Translations under genes and position numbers: made by a program
DNA from: Delftia acidovorans NBRC 14950
GTDB lineage: Bacteria > Pseudomonadota > Gammaproteobacteria > Burkholderiales > Burkholderiaceae_C
NCBI RefSeq assembly: GCF_001598795.1
Contig: NZ_BCZP01000005.1
Location: 180,001 to 212,000, forward strand
Length of the DNA: 32,000 nt
Direction of reading: 5' to 3'
The notes under the pieces: model-generated
What the model was told of the DNA's origin: nothing
What the model saw: only the letters and a program-made list of their open reading frames with translations
The model's database searches: none
Part shown: positions 1-9,194 of the stretch, piece by piece
Position numbering within the stretch: the stretch's first letter is position 1
How the letters are laid out: each line of letters starts with the position of its first letter

Positions 1-628
1 AGGCGCGCGGCGGCCGGTCATGGGCGCCTACCGAGAGAAACACCTTGCGGCCCGCGCGCTGCAGTTCATCGGCAATCTGCACGCCCGAGGAGCCTGCCCC
101 CACCACCAGCACGGCGCCTTCGGGCAGCTGCGCGGGGCGGTGGTAGTGCGCGGAATGGATCTGCAGCAGGCGGCCATCGGCGGGCGCAGCCGGCGCTATC
201 GGCGGGATCACCGGCACCTGGAACGGCCCCGTGGCCGCGATCACGTTGCGGGCCTCGATCACGCCCTCGGACGTTTCCACCGTGAAGCCCGGCCGGCCCT
301 GGTTGCGCGTGACCCGCCTGACCTCCACGCCGGTGCGCACGGGCGCCTTGATCTGGCGGACATAGTCCTCGAAGTAGTCGGCCACCTCGTCCTTGCCGGG
401 AAAGCCGTCGCGGTCGCCCTTGAACTGCAGGCCCGGAAAGCGGTCATGCCAGGCCGGCCCGTTGGCCACCAGCGAGTCCCAGCGCCCCGTGCGCCAGGCC
501 TGGGCGATGCGCTGGCGCTCCAGCACCAGGTGCTCTACGCCGAGCTGGCTCAGGTGTTCGCTGGCCGCGATGCCGGCCTGCCCGGCGCCGACCACGAGCG
601 TGTTGATGGTTTGGATTTCAGCTGTCAT
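1..628 (-). CDS. FAD-dependent (class B flavoprotein / FMO-COG2072-like) monooxygenase, 3' end outside the window
   Basis: Absent from the ORF track because it runs off the window edge. Reverse-strand translation from the ATG (cat at 626-628) reads MTAEIQTINTLVVGAGQAGIAASEHL..., giving an N-terminal GxGxxG motif. A second Rossmann motif, VLVVGAGSSGVQIADEL, follows about 180 aa in, which is the two-dinucleotide-site layout of FMO/BVMO-type enzymes. The + ORF 20..709 is its antisense shadow. It lies same-strand, 115 bp downstream of livF. Confidence 0.7.
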   Translation of the reverse strand, partial: MTAEIQTINTLVVGAGQAGIAASEHLSQLGVEHLVLERQRIAQAWRTGRWDSLVANGPAWHDRFPGLQFKGDRDGFPGKDEVADYFEDYVRQIKAPVRTGVEVRRVTRNQGRPGFTVETSEGVIEARNVIAATGPFQVPVIPPIAPAAPADGRLLQIHSAHYHRPAQLPEGAVLVVGAGSSGVQIADELQRAGRKVFLSVGAHDRPPRA

Positions 629-743
629 GGTGTGGGTCTCTCAGGAAAAAAAGGCGCAGGCCGTCCCGCATCGGCGCAGTGCCGACTGCCTTGGTGTGGT
701 CCGCAATAAAAAAGGAAAGAAGGTGAAGGCCGCCCGTGCGGCG

Positions 744-1442
744 CTACAGGTACAGGTGCTTCACCACGTCGTTGGCCAGCAGCTCGCTGGCCGTGCCCGA
801 GGCCACCAGCTGGCCCTTGAGCAGCAGATAGCCGGTGTGGGCGATGGACAGCGCCGCCTCGGCGTTCTGCTCGATGAGCAGCACGGTGATGCCTTGGCTG
901 TGGATGCGCTGCACCGTCTCGAAGTACTCCTCGATGAGCTTGGGCGACAGCCCCAGCGTGGGCTCGTCCATCACCACCAGGCGCGGCTCGCCCATGAGCA
1001 CGCGGCCCAGCGCCACCATGGCCTGCTCGCCGCCGGACAGGGTTCCGGCCGCCTGCGACAGGCGCTCGCCCACCCGGGGGAACAGGGCCACCACGCGCTC
1101 CAGCGCCTGGGCAAAGCCCTGCTGCGGACGCAGCGCGTCGTGGCCGATCTTCAGGTTTTCCTGCACGGTCAGCTCGGCAAACAGGCGCCGCCCTTCGGGC
1201 ACGAAGCCCACGCCCAGGCCGGCCAGGTCCTCGGTGCGCATGCGCGCCAGCGGCTGGCCCATGACGCGGATGGCGCCGTGGTGCACGGGCAGCAGGCCCG
1301 CAATCGCCTTGAAGGTGGTGGTCTTGCCCGCGCCGTTGGGGCCCAGCAGGCAGACGATGCTGTGCTCGGGCACCTGCAGCGAGACCTGGTTGAGCATGTT
1401 CACCACGCCATAGCGTGTGCTGATGGAGTCCAGTTCAAGCAT
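744..1442 (-). CDS. livF: branched-chain amino acid-type ABC transporter ATP-binding protein (LivF type)
   Basis: 232 aa with Walker A GPNGAGKTT, signature LSGGEQ and Walker B VVMDEP. The ATG overlaps the livG stop (1435-1442). Confidence 0.9.
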   Translation of the reverse strand: MLELDSISTRYGVVNMLNQVSLQVPEHSIVCLLGPNGAGKTTTFKAIAGLLPVHHGAIRVMGQPLARMRTEDLAGLGVGFVPEGRRLFAELTVQENLKIGHDALRPQQGFAQALERVVALFPRVGERLSQAAGTLSGGEQAMVALGRVLMGEPRLVVMDEPTLGLSPKLIEEYFETVQRIHSQGITVLLIEQNAEAALSIAHTGYLLLKGQLVASGTASELLANDVVKHLYL

Positions 1443-2262
1443 GGCTGGCCTTTCTGCCCAGATAGGCTTCCTGCACGCGCGGCAGCCGGCGCACCGCCTC
1501 GAAGCTGTCGTCGCCGATCTTGCGTCCGTAGTCCAGCACCATCACGCGGTGCGGCAAGGTGGCGATGAGCCGCATGTCGTGCTCGATGATGATGAAGCCC
1601 AGCGCCGGATTGCCTTCGCGCAGGCGCTGGATGTCGGCGATCAGCGCATCGGTGTCGCGGTCGTCCATGCCGCTGGAGGGCTCGTCCAGCAGCACGATGC
1701 GGGGCTCGGCGGCCAGGGCGCGCGCAATCTCCAAGCGGCGGCGGTCGGCCTGCGGCAGGCTGCTGGCCAGCACGTTGCGGCGCTGGTGCAGGTCGCTGGA
1801 CACGCTTTGCAGCAGCGCGCAGGCGCGCTCGGCGCAGCGCTTCATCTCGGCGCGCGAGACGGCCGGGCGCAGCAGCGCGGTGAGCACGCCGCAGCGGGTG
1901 CGCGCGTGCATGCCGATGATCACGTTGTCCAGCACGCTCAGCGAGCCGAACAGCCGGCTGGTCTGGAAGGTGCGCGCAATGCCGGCGCCCGCGATGTCGT
2001 GCGCGGCCATGCCCTTGAGCGAGCGGCCTTGCAGCAGCACCTCGCCCTCGGTGGGCTGGTAGATGCCGGTCAGCAGGTTCAGCAAGGTGGACTTGCCCGC
2101 GCCGTTGGGCCCGATGATGCCCAGCACCTCGCCCGCCGCCAGGTGGATGTCCACGCCCTGCACCGCCGTCAGGCCGCCAAAGCGCATGGTCAGGCCACGC
2201 CCCTCCAGGACCAGCGGACCTGCGGGCGCGGCATGGTGGGTGGGATGGGAATCAATGCTCAT
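1435..2262 (-). CDS. livG: branched-chain amino acid-type ABC transporter ATP-binding protein (LivG type)
   Basis: 275 aa with Walker A GPNGAGKST and Walker B VLLDEPSSGM, plus the LivG-like C-terminal extension. Overlaps the livM stop (2252-2262). Confidence 0.9.
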   Translation of the reverse strand: MSIDSHPTHHAAPAGPLVLEGRGLTMRFGGLTAVQGVDIHLAAGEVLGIIGPNGAGKSTLLNLLTGIYQPTEGEVLLQGRSLKGMAAHDIAGAGIARTFQTSRLFGSLSVLDNVIIGMHARTRCGVLTALLRPAVSRAEMKRCAERACALLQSVSSDLHQRRNVLASSLPQADRRRLEIARALAAEPRIVLLDEPSSGMDDRDTDALIADIQRLREGNPALGFIIIEHDMRLIATLPHRVMVLDYGRKIGDDSFEAVRRLPRVQEAYLGRKASHA

Positions 2263-3433
2263 GGTTGCGCACCCGTTGGGGGAAGATGCCGCGCGGGCGG
2301 ATGATGAGGAAGGCGATCACCACCAGGCCGTAGAACAGGATGCGGTAGTCGGAAAACGCCCGCAGCTTCTCCGGCAGCATGGTCAGCAGGAAGGCGCCGA
2401 CGATCACGCCCAGCGTGTTGTCCATGCCGCCTGCGATCACCAGCGTCATGATGGTCACCGACACCAGGAAGGTGAAGTTGTCCGGCGAGATGAAGCTCAC
2501 ATAGAACGCATACACCGTGCCCGCGAAGCCCGCCAGGAAGGCGTCCACCGCAAAGGCCTTGACCTTGAACCAGGTGACGTTGATGCCGCAGGCGCGCGCG
2601 GCGATCTCGTCGTCGCGCAGGGCATTCCAGGCCAGTCCCACGCGCGAGCTGTGCAGGCGCTGCGCCGAGACGATGGCCAGCCCCAGCAGGGCGACGGCCA
2701 CGTAGTAGAAGTTGGCCTGGCCCGGCAGGCTGTGGCCCCACAGCGTGATGGGGTCGTTGAACGAATGCCCGAACAATGTGGGCGAAGGAATGCCCACCAG
2801 GCCGTTGGCGCCGCCCGTCCACTCCAGGTTCATCAGCAGCTGGTGCACGACGATGCCGAAGGCGATCGTCACCAGCGCCTGGTAGCTGTCGCGGGTGCGC
2901 ATGGACGGCAGGCCCAGCAAAAAGCCGAAGACCGTGGCCACGGCGGCGGCCACCAGCAGGCAGATCCAGAAGCTCACGCCGAAGTGGATGGCCAGCAGGG
3001 CCGACGCATAGGCGCCGATGCCGTAGGACGCGCCGGTGGCGAAGTTCGGTATGTTGGCGCTGCCCAGCTGGAAGTTCAGCGCCAGCGCCAGCACCGCGTA
3101 CAGGCAGGCGATGATCATCAGGTGCATGGCGTAGCTGTCACCGCCCAGCACCCACGGAAACACCAGGGCCAGCACCACGCCCGTGCCCACCGCCAGCGGC
3201 CTGCACTGGCCGAAGGCGGCCACGATGCGGTCTTCCACCAGCGGGCGCTTTTGCACCGCGACCAGGGCCACGGCAAAGCAGGCCAGCAACGCCAGCACCG
3301 TGATCCAGCTTTCGGCCAGCAGGAACTGGCGCAGCAGCACGGCGCCCGCCAGGGCCACGCCCAGCACGATGGCGGCAGAGCCCGCACTCCGTGGTGCCGC
3401 CTGCGGCGGCGCCTGTATCGTCGTTGTCTGCAT
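2252..3433 (-). CDS. livM: branched-chain amino acid-type ABC transporter permease (LivM type)
   Basis: Hydrophobic multi-TM protein of about 393 aa, with LivM-like motifs (ALALNFQLG, GYAG-type region). The track start at 3436 is GTG. The ATG at 3433 overlaps the livH stop by 1 nt (TGATG), suggesting coupling. Confidence 0.85.
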   Translation of the reverse strand: MQTTTIQAPPQAAPRSAGSAAIVLGVALAGAVLLRQFLLAESWITVLALLACFAVALVAVQKRPLVEDRIVAAFGQCRPLAVGTGVVLALVFPWVLGGDSYAMHLMIIACLYAVLALALNFQLGSANIPNFATGASYGIGAYASALLAIHFGVSFWICLLVAAAVATVFGFLLGLPSMRTRDSYQALVTIAFGIVVHQLLMNLEWTGGANGLVGIPSPTLFGHSFNDPITLWGHSLPGQANFYYVAVALLGLAIVSAQRLHSSRVGLAWNALRDDEIAARACGINVTWFKVKAFAVDAFLAGFAGTVYAFYVSFISPDNFTFLVSVTIMTLVIAGGMDNTLGVIVGAFLLTMLPEKLRAFSDYRILFYGLVVIAFLIIRPRGIFPQRVRNHEH

Positions 3434-4350
3434 CACACCTTCTCCATTTTCTGAACGCCGAACAGGCCGGCGGGGCGAAAGATCAGCACCAGGATCACCA
3501 GCGCGAACACGAACACCAGGCGGTACGAGGTGCCATTGGGCACATAGCCCTGCACGATGGTCTCGATGGCCGCAATCAGCAGGCTGCCGACAATGGCGCC
3601 CCCGAGCCGCCCCAGGCCGCCGACCACCGCGGCGGAAAAGCCGATCAGCCCCGCCTGCACGCCGAAGTCAAAGCGCACCACGCCCGCATAGCTGGCCAGG
3701 AAGATGCCGCCCACCGCGCCGGTGGCCGAGGCAATGAAGAAGGTGTTGCGAAACACCGGCCCCGGCGCAATGGAGAACAGCCGCGCGGTTTCGCGGTCCT
3801 GCGACACGGCGCGTATGCGCATGCCCATGGGCGTGTGGTGCAGCACATAGAGCAGCACGCCCACCAGCGCCACCGCCACCAGCACCGAGACCACGCTGAT
3901 CAGGGGCAGCGGCCCGAACGGGGTGGGAACGGCCCCCTGCGCAATCGCCGGGAACGCGTGCGGATTGCTGCCCTGCGGGTACAGGTGGCGGATCAGCTCG
4001 CGGATCACGATGCCCAGAGCCACCGTGGCCACCAGCGGCATCATGGCCGGCGCATTGCGAAAGCGGCTGATCACCAGCCGGTCCAGGGCAACGCCCAGCC
4101 CTCCCACCGCCGCAATGGCCACCAGGCAGGCCAGGCCCAGCACCAGCCAGGTGGCCGAGCCGCCCAGCGCGGCGGCCAGGGCCTGCACGGCCGCCAGGGC
4201 GATGAAGGGGGCGACCATGGCCACGTCGCCATGGGAAAAGTGAATCACCTGCAGCACGCCAAACAACAGGCTGAAACCCAGGGCAAGCAGGCTGTAGATG
4301 CAGCCCAGGGTCAGCCAGTTGATGAGTTGCTGGAACAGCGCGTCATGCAT
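3433..4350 (-). CDS. livH: branched-chain amino acid-type ABC transporter permease (LivH type)
   Basis: 305 aa beginning MHDALFQQLINWLTLGCIYSLLALGFSLLFGVL, a typical LivH N-terminus. The ATG is preceded by AGGAA. Confidence 0.85.
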   Translation of the reverse strand: MHDALFQQLINWLTLGCIYSLLALGFSLLFGVLQVIHFSHGDVAMVAPFIALAAVQALAAALGGSATWLVLGLACLVAIAAVGGLGVALDRLVISRFRNAPAMMPLVATVALGIVIRELIRHLYPQGSNPHAFPAIAQGAVPTPFGPLPLISVVSVLVAVALVGVLLYVLHHTPMGMRIRAVSQDRETARLFSIAPGPVFRNTFFIASATGAVGGIFLASYAGVVRFDFGVQAGLIGFSAAVVGGLGRLGGAIVGSLLIAAIETIVQGYVPNGTSYRLVFVFALVILVLIFRPAGLFGVQKMEKV

Positions 4351-4637
4351 CGATAGGGTTCCTCTTGTGTCGGGTTCGGCCGGGTTGGCGGGGCTTCGCT
4401 TGTCTCCATGTCACGCAACCATTGAAGCAAGAAACCGCGCAAAACCTGCGTCGCTTTTGCCGAGGCGCTGCTTCGGAAAACGCGATCCAGTCCCGGGCAG
4501 GTGCGGCGATACATTGATCCGGCGGCGTTGCCAGACAGCGCCGGCCAGCCCGCCACGCACCGTGGCGCCCCGCCGCCCCGGCCTCCCCGGGCCGCCATGG
4601 CTGCCCCTCGTCTTCACCTGAACAGGACCGACCGACC

Positions 4638-5786
4638 ATGCAAGCCTTCACGACAACCACCGCCCTCCTGCCATCGCGCCGGCGCCTTGCCGCATCCGCC
4701 CTGGCGCTGGCCGCCGCCACGCTGGCCTGCGGCGCGGCCTGGTCCCAGTCCACCGTGAAGCTGGGCTTCATCGGCCCCGTCAGCGGCGGCAACGCACAGC
4801 AGGGCCTGGGCGCGAAGAACGGCTTCCTGCTGGCCATCGACCAGTGGAATGCCACGGCCGGCGTGCCGTTCAAGGTGGAGGGCGTGGTGCTGGACGATGC
4901 CTCCGACCCGCAAACCGGCGTGTCCGCCGCGCTCAAGCTGGTCAACGACCGCGACGTGGCGGGCGCCATCGGCCACTGGAACAGCCCCGTGGCCCTGGCC
5001 ACGCTGCCGGTGTTCAACCGCGTGCAGATGCCCTTCATCGTCTGGGGCGCCATCGGCCCCAAGATCACCGACCAGAACTTCGCCAACACCACGCGCGTGA
5101 CGCCCACCCTGGTCAACGAGAACAAGCCCCTGGCCGCCTGGGCCGCCACGGGCCTGGGCGCAAGAAAGATCGCCATCATTGCCGACACCAGCGACTACGG
5201 GCGCGCCAACCTGGCCTCGTTCGGCAGCTTCTACAAGGCAGAAAAAGGCAGCGTGGTGGCCGAGGAAAGCTACCCCGTGGGCACCACGGATTTCCGCTCC
5301 ATCCTCACCAAGATCAAGAGCCTGAACCCCGACGCGGTCTACTTCGGCGGCGTGATCACCGAGGCCGGCATCGTGCGCAAGCAGATGGCCGAGCTGGGCA
5401 TGAAGCAGCCCATGCTGGGCATCAGCGGCATCTTCGACCCGCAGCTCATCCAGATCGCCGGCCCGGCCGCGGACGGCACCATCGTCGGCACGCCCAAATC
5501 GCAGACCAACCCCCGGCTGGACGCCATGAGCCGCGCCTATGCCGCCAAGGGCTATGCCGACTCCGAGAGCCCGTACACCAAGTACGCCTACGACGCCACC
5601 GGCATCCTTTTGCAATCGCTCAAGACGGCAGGCACCAAGGACCGGCAGGCCGTGGCCAAGGCCATCCGCGCCATACGCTACGACGGCGTGACCGGCACCG
5701 TGACCTTCGACGCCAACGGCCAGACGCAGGTGCCCGTGGAGCTGCAGCTGCACGAGGTCAAAGACGGCAAGTGGGCCAGCCGCTGA
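4638..5786 (+). CDS. Liv-type (family 4) periplasmic substrate-binding protein, ligand unknown
   Basis: 382 aa with an N-terminal signal peptide (SRRRLAASALALAAATLACGAAWSQ). The mature part starts VKLGFIGPVSGGNAQQG, typical of LivJ/K-like binding proteins. Divergent from livHMGF. Confidence 0.85.
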   Translation: MQAFTTTTALLPSRRRLAASALALAAATLACGAAWSQSTVKLGFIGPVSGGNAQQGLGAKNGFLLAIDQWNATAGVPFKVEGVVLDDASDPQTGVSAALKLVNDRDVAGAIGHWNSPVALATLPVFNRVQMPFIVWGAIGPKITDQNFANTTRVTPTLVNENKPLAAWAATGLGARKIAIIADTSDYGRANLASFGSFYKAEKGSVVAEESYPVGTTDFRSILTKIKSLNPDAVYFGGVITEAGIVRKQMAELGMKQPMLGISGIFDPQLIQIAGPAADGTIVGTPKSQTNPRLDAMSRAYAAKGYADSESPYTKYAYDATGILLQSLKTAGTKDRQAVAKAIRAIRYDGVTGTVTFDANGQTQVPVELQLHEVKDGKWASR

Positions 5787-7300
5787 TGATCAGGACAGGC
5801 AGCCAGTACCGCGACTCCATCCGCGATGGCCGGCGGGTCTGGATGAACGGCGAGCGCGTCAAGGACGTGACCACTCACCCCATGTTCAAGCCGCTGGTGG
5901 ACATCCGCGCGCGCATGTACGACCTGCAGCACGAGGCCGCGCTGCGCGACGCGCTCACCTACGACGAAGGCGACGGCGAGCGCCACCCCATCGCCCACAA
6001 GCTGCCGCTGACACGCCAGGACTGGTGGGACAAGCGCCGCGCCACCGACCTGCTGCTGGAGGACATGGGCGGCGTGGTCATGCGCGTGGGCGACGAGAGC
6101 GTGGGCGAGATGTGGTCGCTGTTCGACGGCCAGGACGTGCTCAACGAGCTGGACCCGCGCTTTTCCGCCAACATCCGCACCCACATCCGCCGCGTGGTGC
6201 AGGGCGACCTCTTCCACGTATCGGCCAACACCGACCCCAAGGGCGACCGTTCGCGCCTGCCGCAGGACCAGGACCCCGACGTGCTGCTGCATGTGGTCAA
6301 GGAGACCGATGCAGGCGTCATCGTGCGCGGCGCCAAGTACGAGACCGCCGCCGCCTATGCCAACCAGGCCTTCACCAAGCCGGGGCTGGCGCACTGGGGC
6401 GACGCTGCGCAGTCCGAATACGCCATAGGCTTCATCTGCGACCTGGGCGCGCCCGGCCTGCGCTTCATCTGCCGCCCGGGCCTGGCCGCCCGCGCATCGG
6501 CCCAGGACCATCCGTTGAGCCATCGCTTCGACGAAGTGGACGCCATCGTGGTCTTCGACGACGTGCTGGTTCCCTGGGAGAACGTGCTGTTCTACCGCCA
6601 CACCCGCGCCGCCCATTTCCTGCGCGACACCCTGCACCGCTACTCGGCCTTCACCTTCCTGCAGCGCAGCCTCAAGCTGGCCGACATGCTGATAGGCACG
6701 GCCCTGCACAACGCGCGCCAGACCGGCGTGGAGAAGCTGCAGGCCGTGCAGGACAGGCTGGCCGGCCTGGCCTGCTACCGCGAAGGCATCAACGCCCACC
6801 TCACGGCCGCCATCGCGCTGGCCGAGCGCAGCCCGGCCGGGCTGATGATGCCCAACCAGTCGCTGCTGTTCACGGGACGGTCTCTGGCCACCAGCCAGCT
6901 GCACCACATGATGAACACCGTGCGCGAGCTGTGCGGCGGCCAGGTCTGCCTGACGCCGGACCACGCCAGCTTCGAGAACGAGGAAACCGGCCCCTGGCTG
7001 CGCAAGTTCTATACGCTCGGGCCGCAATCGCAGGCCGACGACCGCCGCAGGCTGCTGGCCTATGCGCGCGACCTGCTCGACTCGGACCACGCCGGCCACC
7101 GGCTCAGCTTCCAGCTGTTTGCGCAATGCCCGCCCTACGCCCAGACGGCGGCCGTGTACCGGCATTTCAACTGGGATGCGCCGCTGGACTTCGTGGGCAA
7201 GTCCGCCGGCCTGACGGACCGCGTGAAGGCCACGCAGGCGCCGGCCCAGGGCGACGGTGCGGTGGCGCAATGGTTTCGCAATCACAACGCCAGCGACTGA
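5786..7300 (+). CDS. HpaB-family (4-hydroxyphenylacetate 3-monooxygenase oxygenase-component-like) flavin-dependent monooxygenase
   Basis: 504 aa from MIRTGSQYRDSIRDGRRVWMNGERVKDVTTHPMFKP, an HpaB-type N-terminus. Its ATG overlaps the binding-protein stop by 1 nt (cTGATGatc). The track ORF 4844..7300 has a spurious upstream extension that overlaps the SBP gene out of frame. Confidence 0.8.
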   Translation: MIRTGSQYRDSIRDGRRVWMNGERVKDVTTHPMFKPLVDIRARMYDLQHEAALRDALTYDEGDGERHPIAHKLPLTRQDWWDKRRATDLLLEDMGGVVMRVGDESVGEMWSLFDGQDVLNELDPRFSANIRTHIRRVVQGDLFHVSANTDPKGDRSRLPQDQDPDVLLHVVKETDAGVIVRGAKYETAAAYANQAFTKPGLAHWGDAAQSEYAIGFICDLGAPGLRFICRPGLAARASAQDHPLSHRFDEVDAIVVFDDVLVPWENVLFYRHTRAAHFLRDTLHRYSAFTFLQRSLKLADMLIGTALHNARQTGVEKLQAVQDRLAGLACYREGINAHLTAAIALAERSPAGLMMPNQSLLFTGRSLATSQLHHMMNTVRELCGGQVCLTPDHASFENEETGPWLRKFYTLGPQSQADDRRRLLAYARDLLDSDHAGHRLSFQLFAQCPPYAQTAAVYRHFNWDAPLDFVGKSAGLTDRVKATQAPAQGDGAVAQWFRNHNASD

Positions 7301-7363
7301 AGGCTGCCGGTGCCCGACCGCCGCACAATGCAGGCGCCTTGCGGGAAGGGCCTCTTGCAGCGC

Positions 7364-7395
7364 GGTCCGCCGCTTGGTCAACTACGCGGCGGACC
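7364..7395 (+). terminator. GC-rich hairpin downstream of the HpaB-like gene (possible terminator; no U-tract)
   Basis: Perfect 10-bp inverted repeat GGTCCGCCGC / GCGGCGGACC with a 12-nt loop, 64 nt after the stop codon. No T-run follows. Confidence 0.3.
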
Positions 7396-7433
7396 ACCCT
7401 GGCCGCCCTCCCCCTCTCCACCTCTTGCACACC

Positions 7434-8384
7434 GTGCTGACACGACTGACCTTCAGACAATTGGAATACTGCGTGGCGGCGGGCGAATTCGGCAGCATTG
7501 CCGAGGCCGCCAACCGCATCCACGTCTCGCCCTCGTCCATCTCATCGGCCATCACCCAGGTGGAGGCGGAGCTGCAGGTGCCGCTGTTCGTGCGCCACCA
7601 TGCGCAAGGCCTGTCCGTCACGCCCGCAGGCGCCGAGGTCCTGCGGGAGATCCGCGGCCTGCTCGACCAGGCCATGGCCTTGTACGACGTGGCCAGCAGC
7701 GCGCAAAGCCAGGTGCGCGGCCCCGTGCGCGTGGGCTGCTTCACCACGCTGGCGGCCATGGTCGCCCCCGAGCTGTGCCAGGGATTCGCGCGCGCCCACC
7801 CCAAGGCCACGGTCACCCAGATCGAGGACCACCAGGAAGGCCTGATCCACAAGCTGCGCACCGCGCAGATCGATGTCGCCATCACCTACGACCTGCTGGT
7901 GGCCGAATCGGACATCTGCTTCGAGCCCCTGGCCCAGCTGCCGCCCATGGTCATCGTCAGCGAACTCAATCCGCTGGCCAACCACCGCTCCACCACGCTG
8001 GAGGCGCTGGCCCAGCTGCCCATGGTCCTGCTGGACCTGCCCCTGAGCCGTGAATACTTCATGTCGCTGTTCCGCGAAGCCGGCGTCTCGCCCCTGATCG
8101 CGGCCCGCAGCGCCAGCCCCGATGTGGTGCGCTCCCTGGTCGCCAACGACGTGGGCTACTCCCTGGTCAACGTGCGCCCGCGCAACTCCCACGCGCTGGA
8201 CGGCAAGAAGATCGTCAACCTGCACCTGAACGGCAACCACCGCCCCATGAAACTGGGCCTGGCCTGGGCCCGCGAACAAAAGCCCCGCCACGTGGTGGAA
8301 GCCTTCATGCACCGCTGCCGCAGCTTCATCTCCAATGAATACATTCCGGGGATGACGGCGCCTGGGCGCGGGGAGGCGAACTGA
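7434..8384 (+). CDS. LysR-family transcriptional regulator
   Basis: N-terminal wHTH LTFRQLEYCVAAGEFGSIAEAANRIHVSPSSISSAITQVE followed by a LysR substrate-binding-type domain. No in-frame ATG lies near the HTH. The start is GTG 7434 (or TTG 7425), so it is uncertain by a few codons. Confidence 0.8.
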   Translation: MLTRLTFRQLEYCVAAGEFGSIAEAANRIHVSPSSISSAITQVEAELQVPLFVRHHAQGLSVTPAGAEVLREIRGLLDQAMALYDVASSAQSQVRGPVRVGCFTTLAAMVAPELCQGFARAHPKATVTQIEDHQEGLIHKLRTAQIDVAITYDLLVAESDICFEPLAQLPPMVIVSELNPLANHRSTTLEALAQLPMVLLDLPLSREYFMSLFREAGVSPLIAARSASPDVVRSLVANDVGYSLVNVRPRNSHALDGKKIVNLHLNGNHRPMKLGLAWAREQKPRHVVEAFMHRCRSFISNEYIPGMTAPGRGEAN

Positions 8385-8413
8385 GCGGCGCGCAGACCGA
8401 ATCAGGGAGCCCG

Positions 8414-8974
8414 TCAGGCCGTGCTCTTGCGCACCTCGTAATGCAGCACCGCCATGCCCTCGCCAATCTGCCGAACCGACAGCAGGCGCAGCACCGGATG
8501 CAGCACCCGGCGCGGGAACAGCGGCTTGCCCCGGCCCAGCGTGGCCGAGCCCACGCACAGGATCATCTCGTCCAGCAGGCCCGCGTCATAAAACTGGCCT
8601 GCCAGGTCCCCGCCTCCCATGATCCAGAGATTGCGCCCGCCTGCCGCCGCCTGCATCTGCGCATGCACGGCACGCACATCACCACTGACAAACCGGATAT
8701 CGGCACCCGGGATAGCAGGCAGCGTGCGGCTGGAAAACACCCAGGCAGGCTGCGTATAGGGCCACGCCGCCCCGGTCTCCCTGGCCACCGTATCCGCGTG
8801 GCGCAGCATCCATTCGTAGGTGGCGGACCCCATGGCCAGCGCGCCCACGCCGGCAATGAACTCCGGGTAGCCCGTGGCCTGCATGTCGCCCAGCGGGAAC
8901 AGCCAGTCCAGGGAATCGTCCTCCGTGGCCAGGAATCCGTCGAGTGAGGTGGCGGCGAAGTATTGGGTCTTCAT
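8414..8974 (-). CDS. dihydrofolate reductase-family protein (RibD C-terminal domain type)
   Basis: 186 aa. MKTQYFAATSLDGFLATEDDSLDWL and the later GGGDLAGQF motif are typical of RibD_C/YyaP-like reductases. Confidence 0.75.
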   Translation of the reverse strand: MKTQYFAATSLDGFLATEDDSLDWLFPLGDMQATGYPEFIAGVGALAMGSATYEWMLRHADTVARETGAAWPYTQPAWVFSSRTLPAIPGADIRFVSGDVRAVHAQMQAAAGGRNLWIMGGGDLAGQFYDAGLLDEMILCVGSATLGRGKPLFPRRVLHPVLRLLSVRQIGEGMAVLHYEVRKSTA

Positions 8975-9055
8975 GGGGGAGATGGTAGCCAGGCAGGCGG
9001 GGCAAGGCCATCCGCCCGGATGTTGTGCAGGCCGGGCCCTGACCTCATCGTCAAA

Positions 9056-9103
9056 TTTCTTTTGAAACCGCCTTCAGTCCTGCGGGTCTTTTTCAATTGA
9101 AAC
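9056..9103. promoter_or_regulatory. two copies of the TTTC-N4-GAAAC dyad in the divergent promoter region upstream of the OYE reductase gene
   Basis: TTTCTTTTGAAAC at 9056-9068 and TTTCAATTGAAAC at 9091-9103. The second contains the 10-bp palindrome TTCAATTGAA. The copies are offset by 35 bp and sit about 90-140 bp upstream of the ATG at 9195. Confidence 0.25.
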
Positions 9104-9194
9104 ACCCAGGTCAACATCGCTCCATGCCCAGACGACTTGCGAACCGGACTTCCGCCACCGCCCCAACACCTCTACAGCTCCGCCAAGAAACCGA

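Noticed and set aside
4844-7300. An 818-aa ORF that could be read as a giant fusion protein.
   Set aside because: The first ~314 aa overlap the binding-protein gene in another frame and translate to Arg/Gly/Pro-rich nonsense. The HpaB-like sequence begins exactly at the ATG at 5786, which overlaps the upstream stop.
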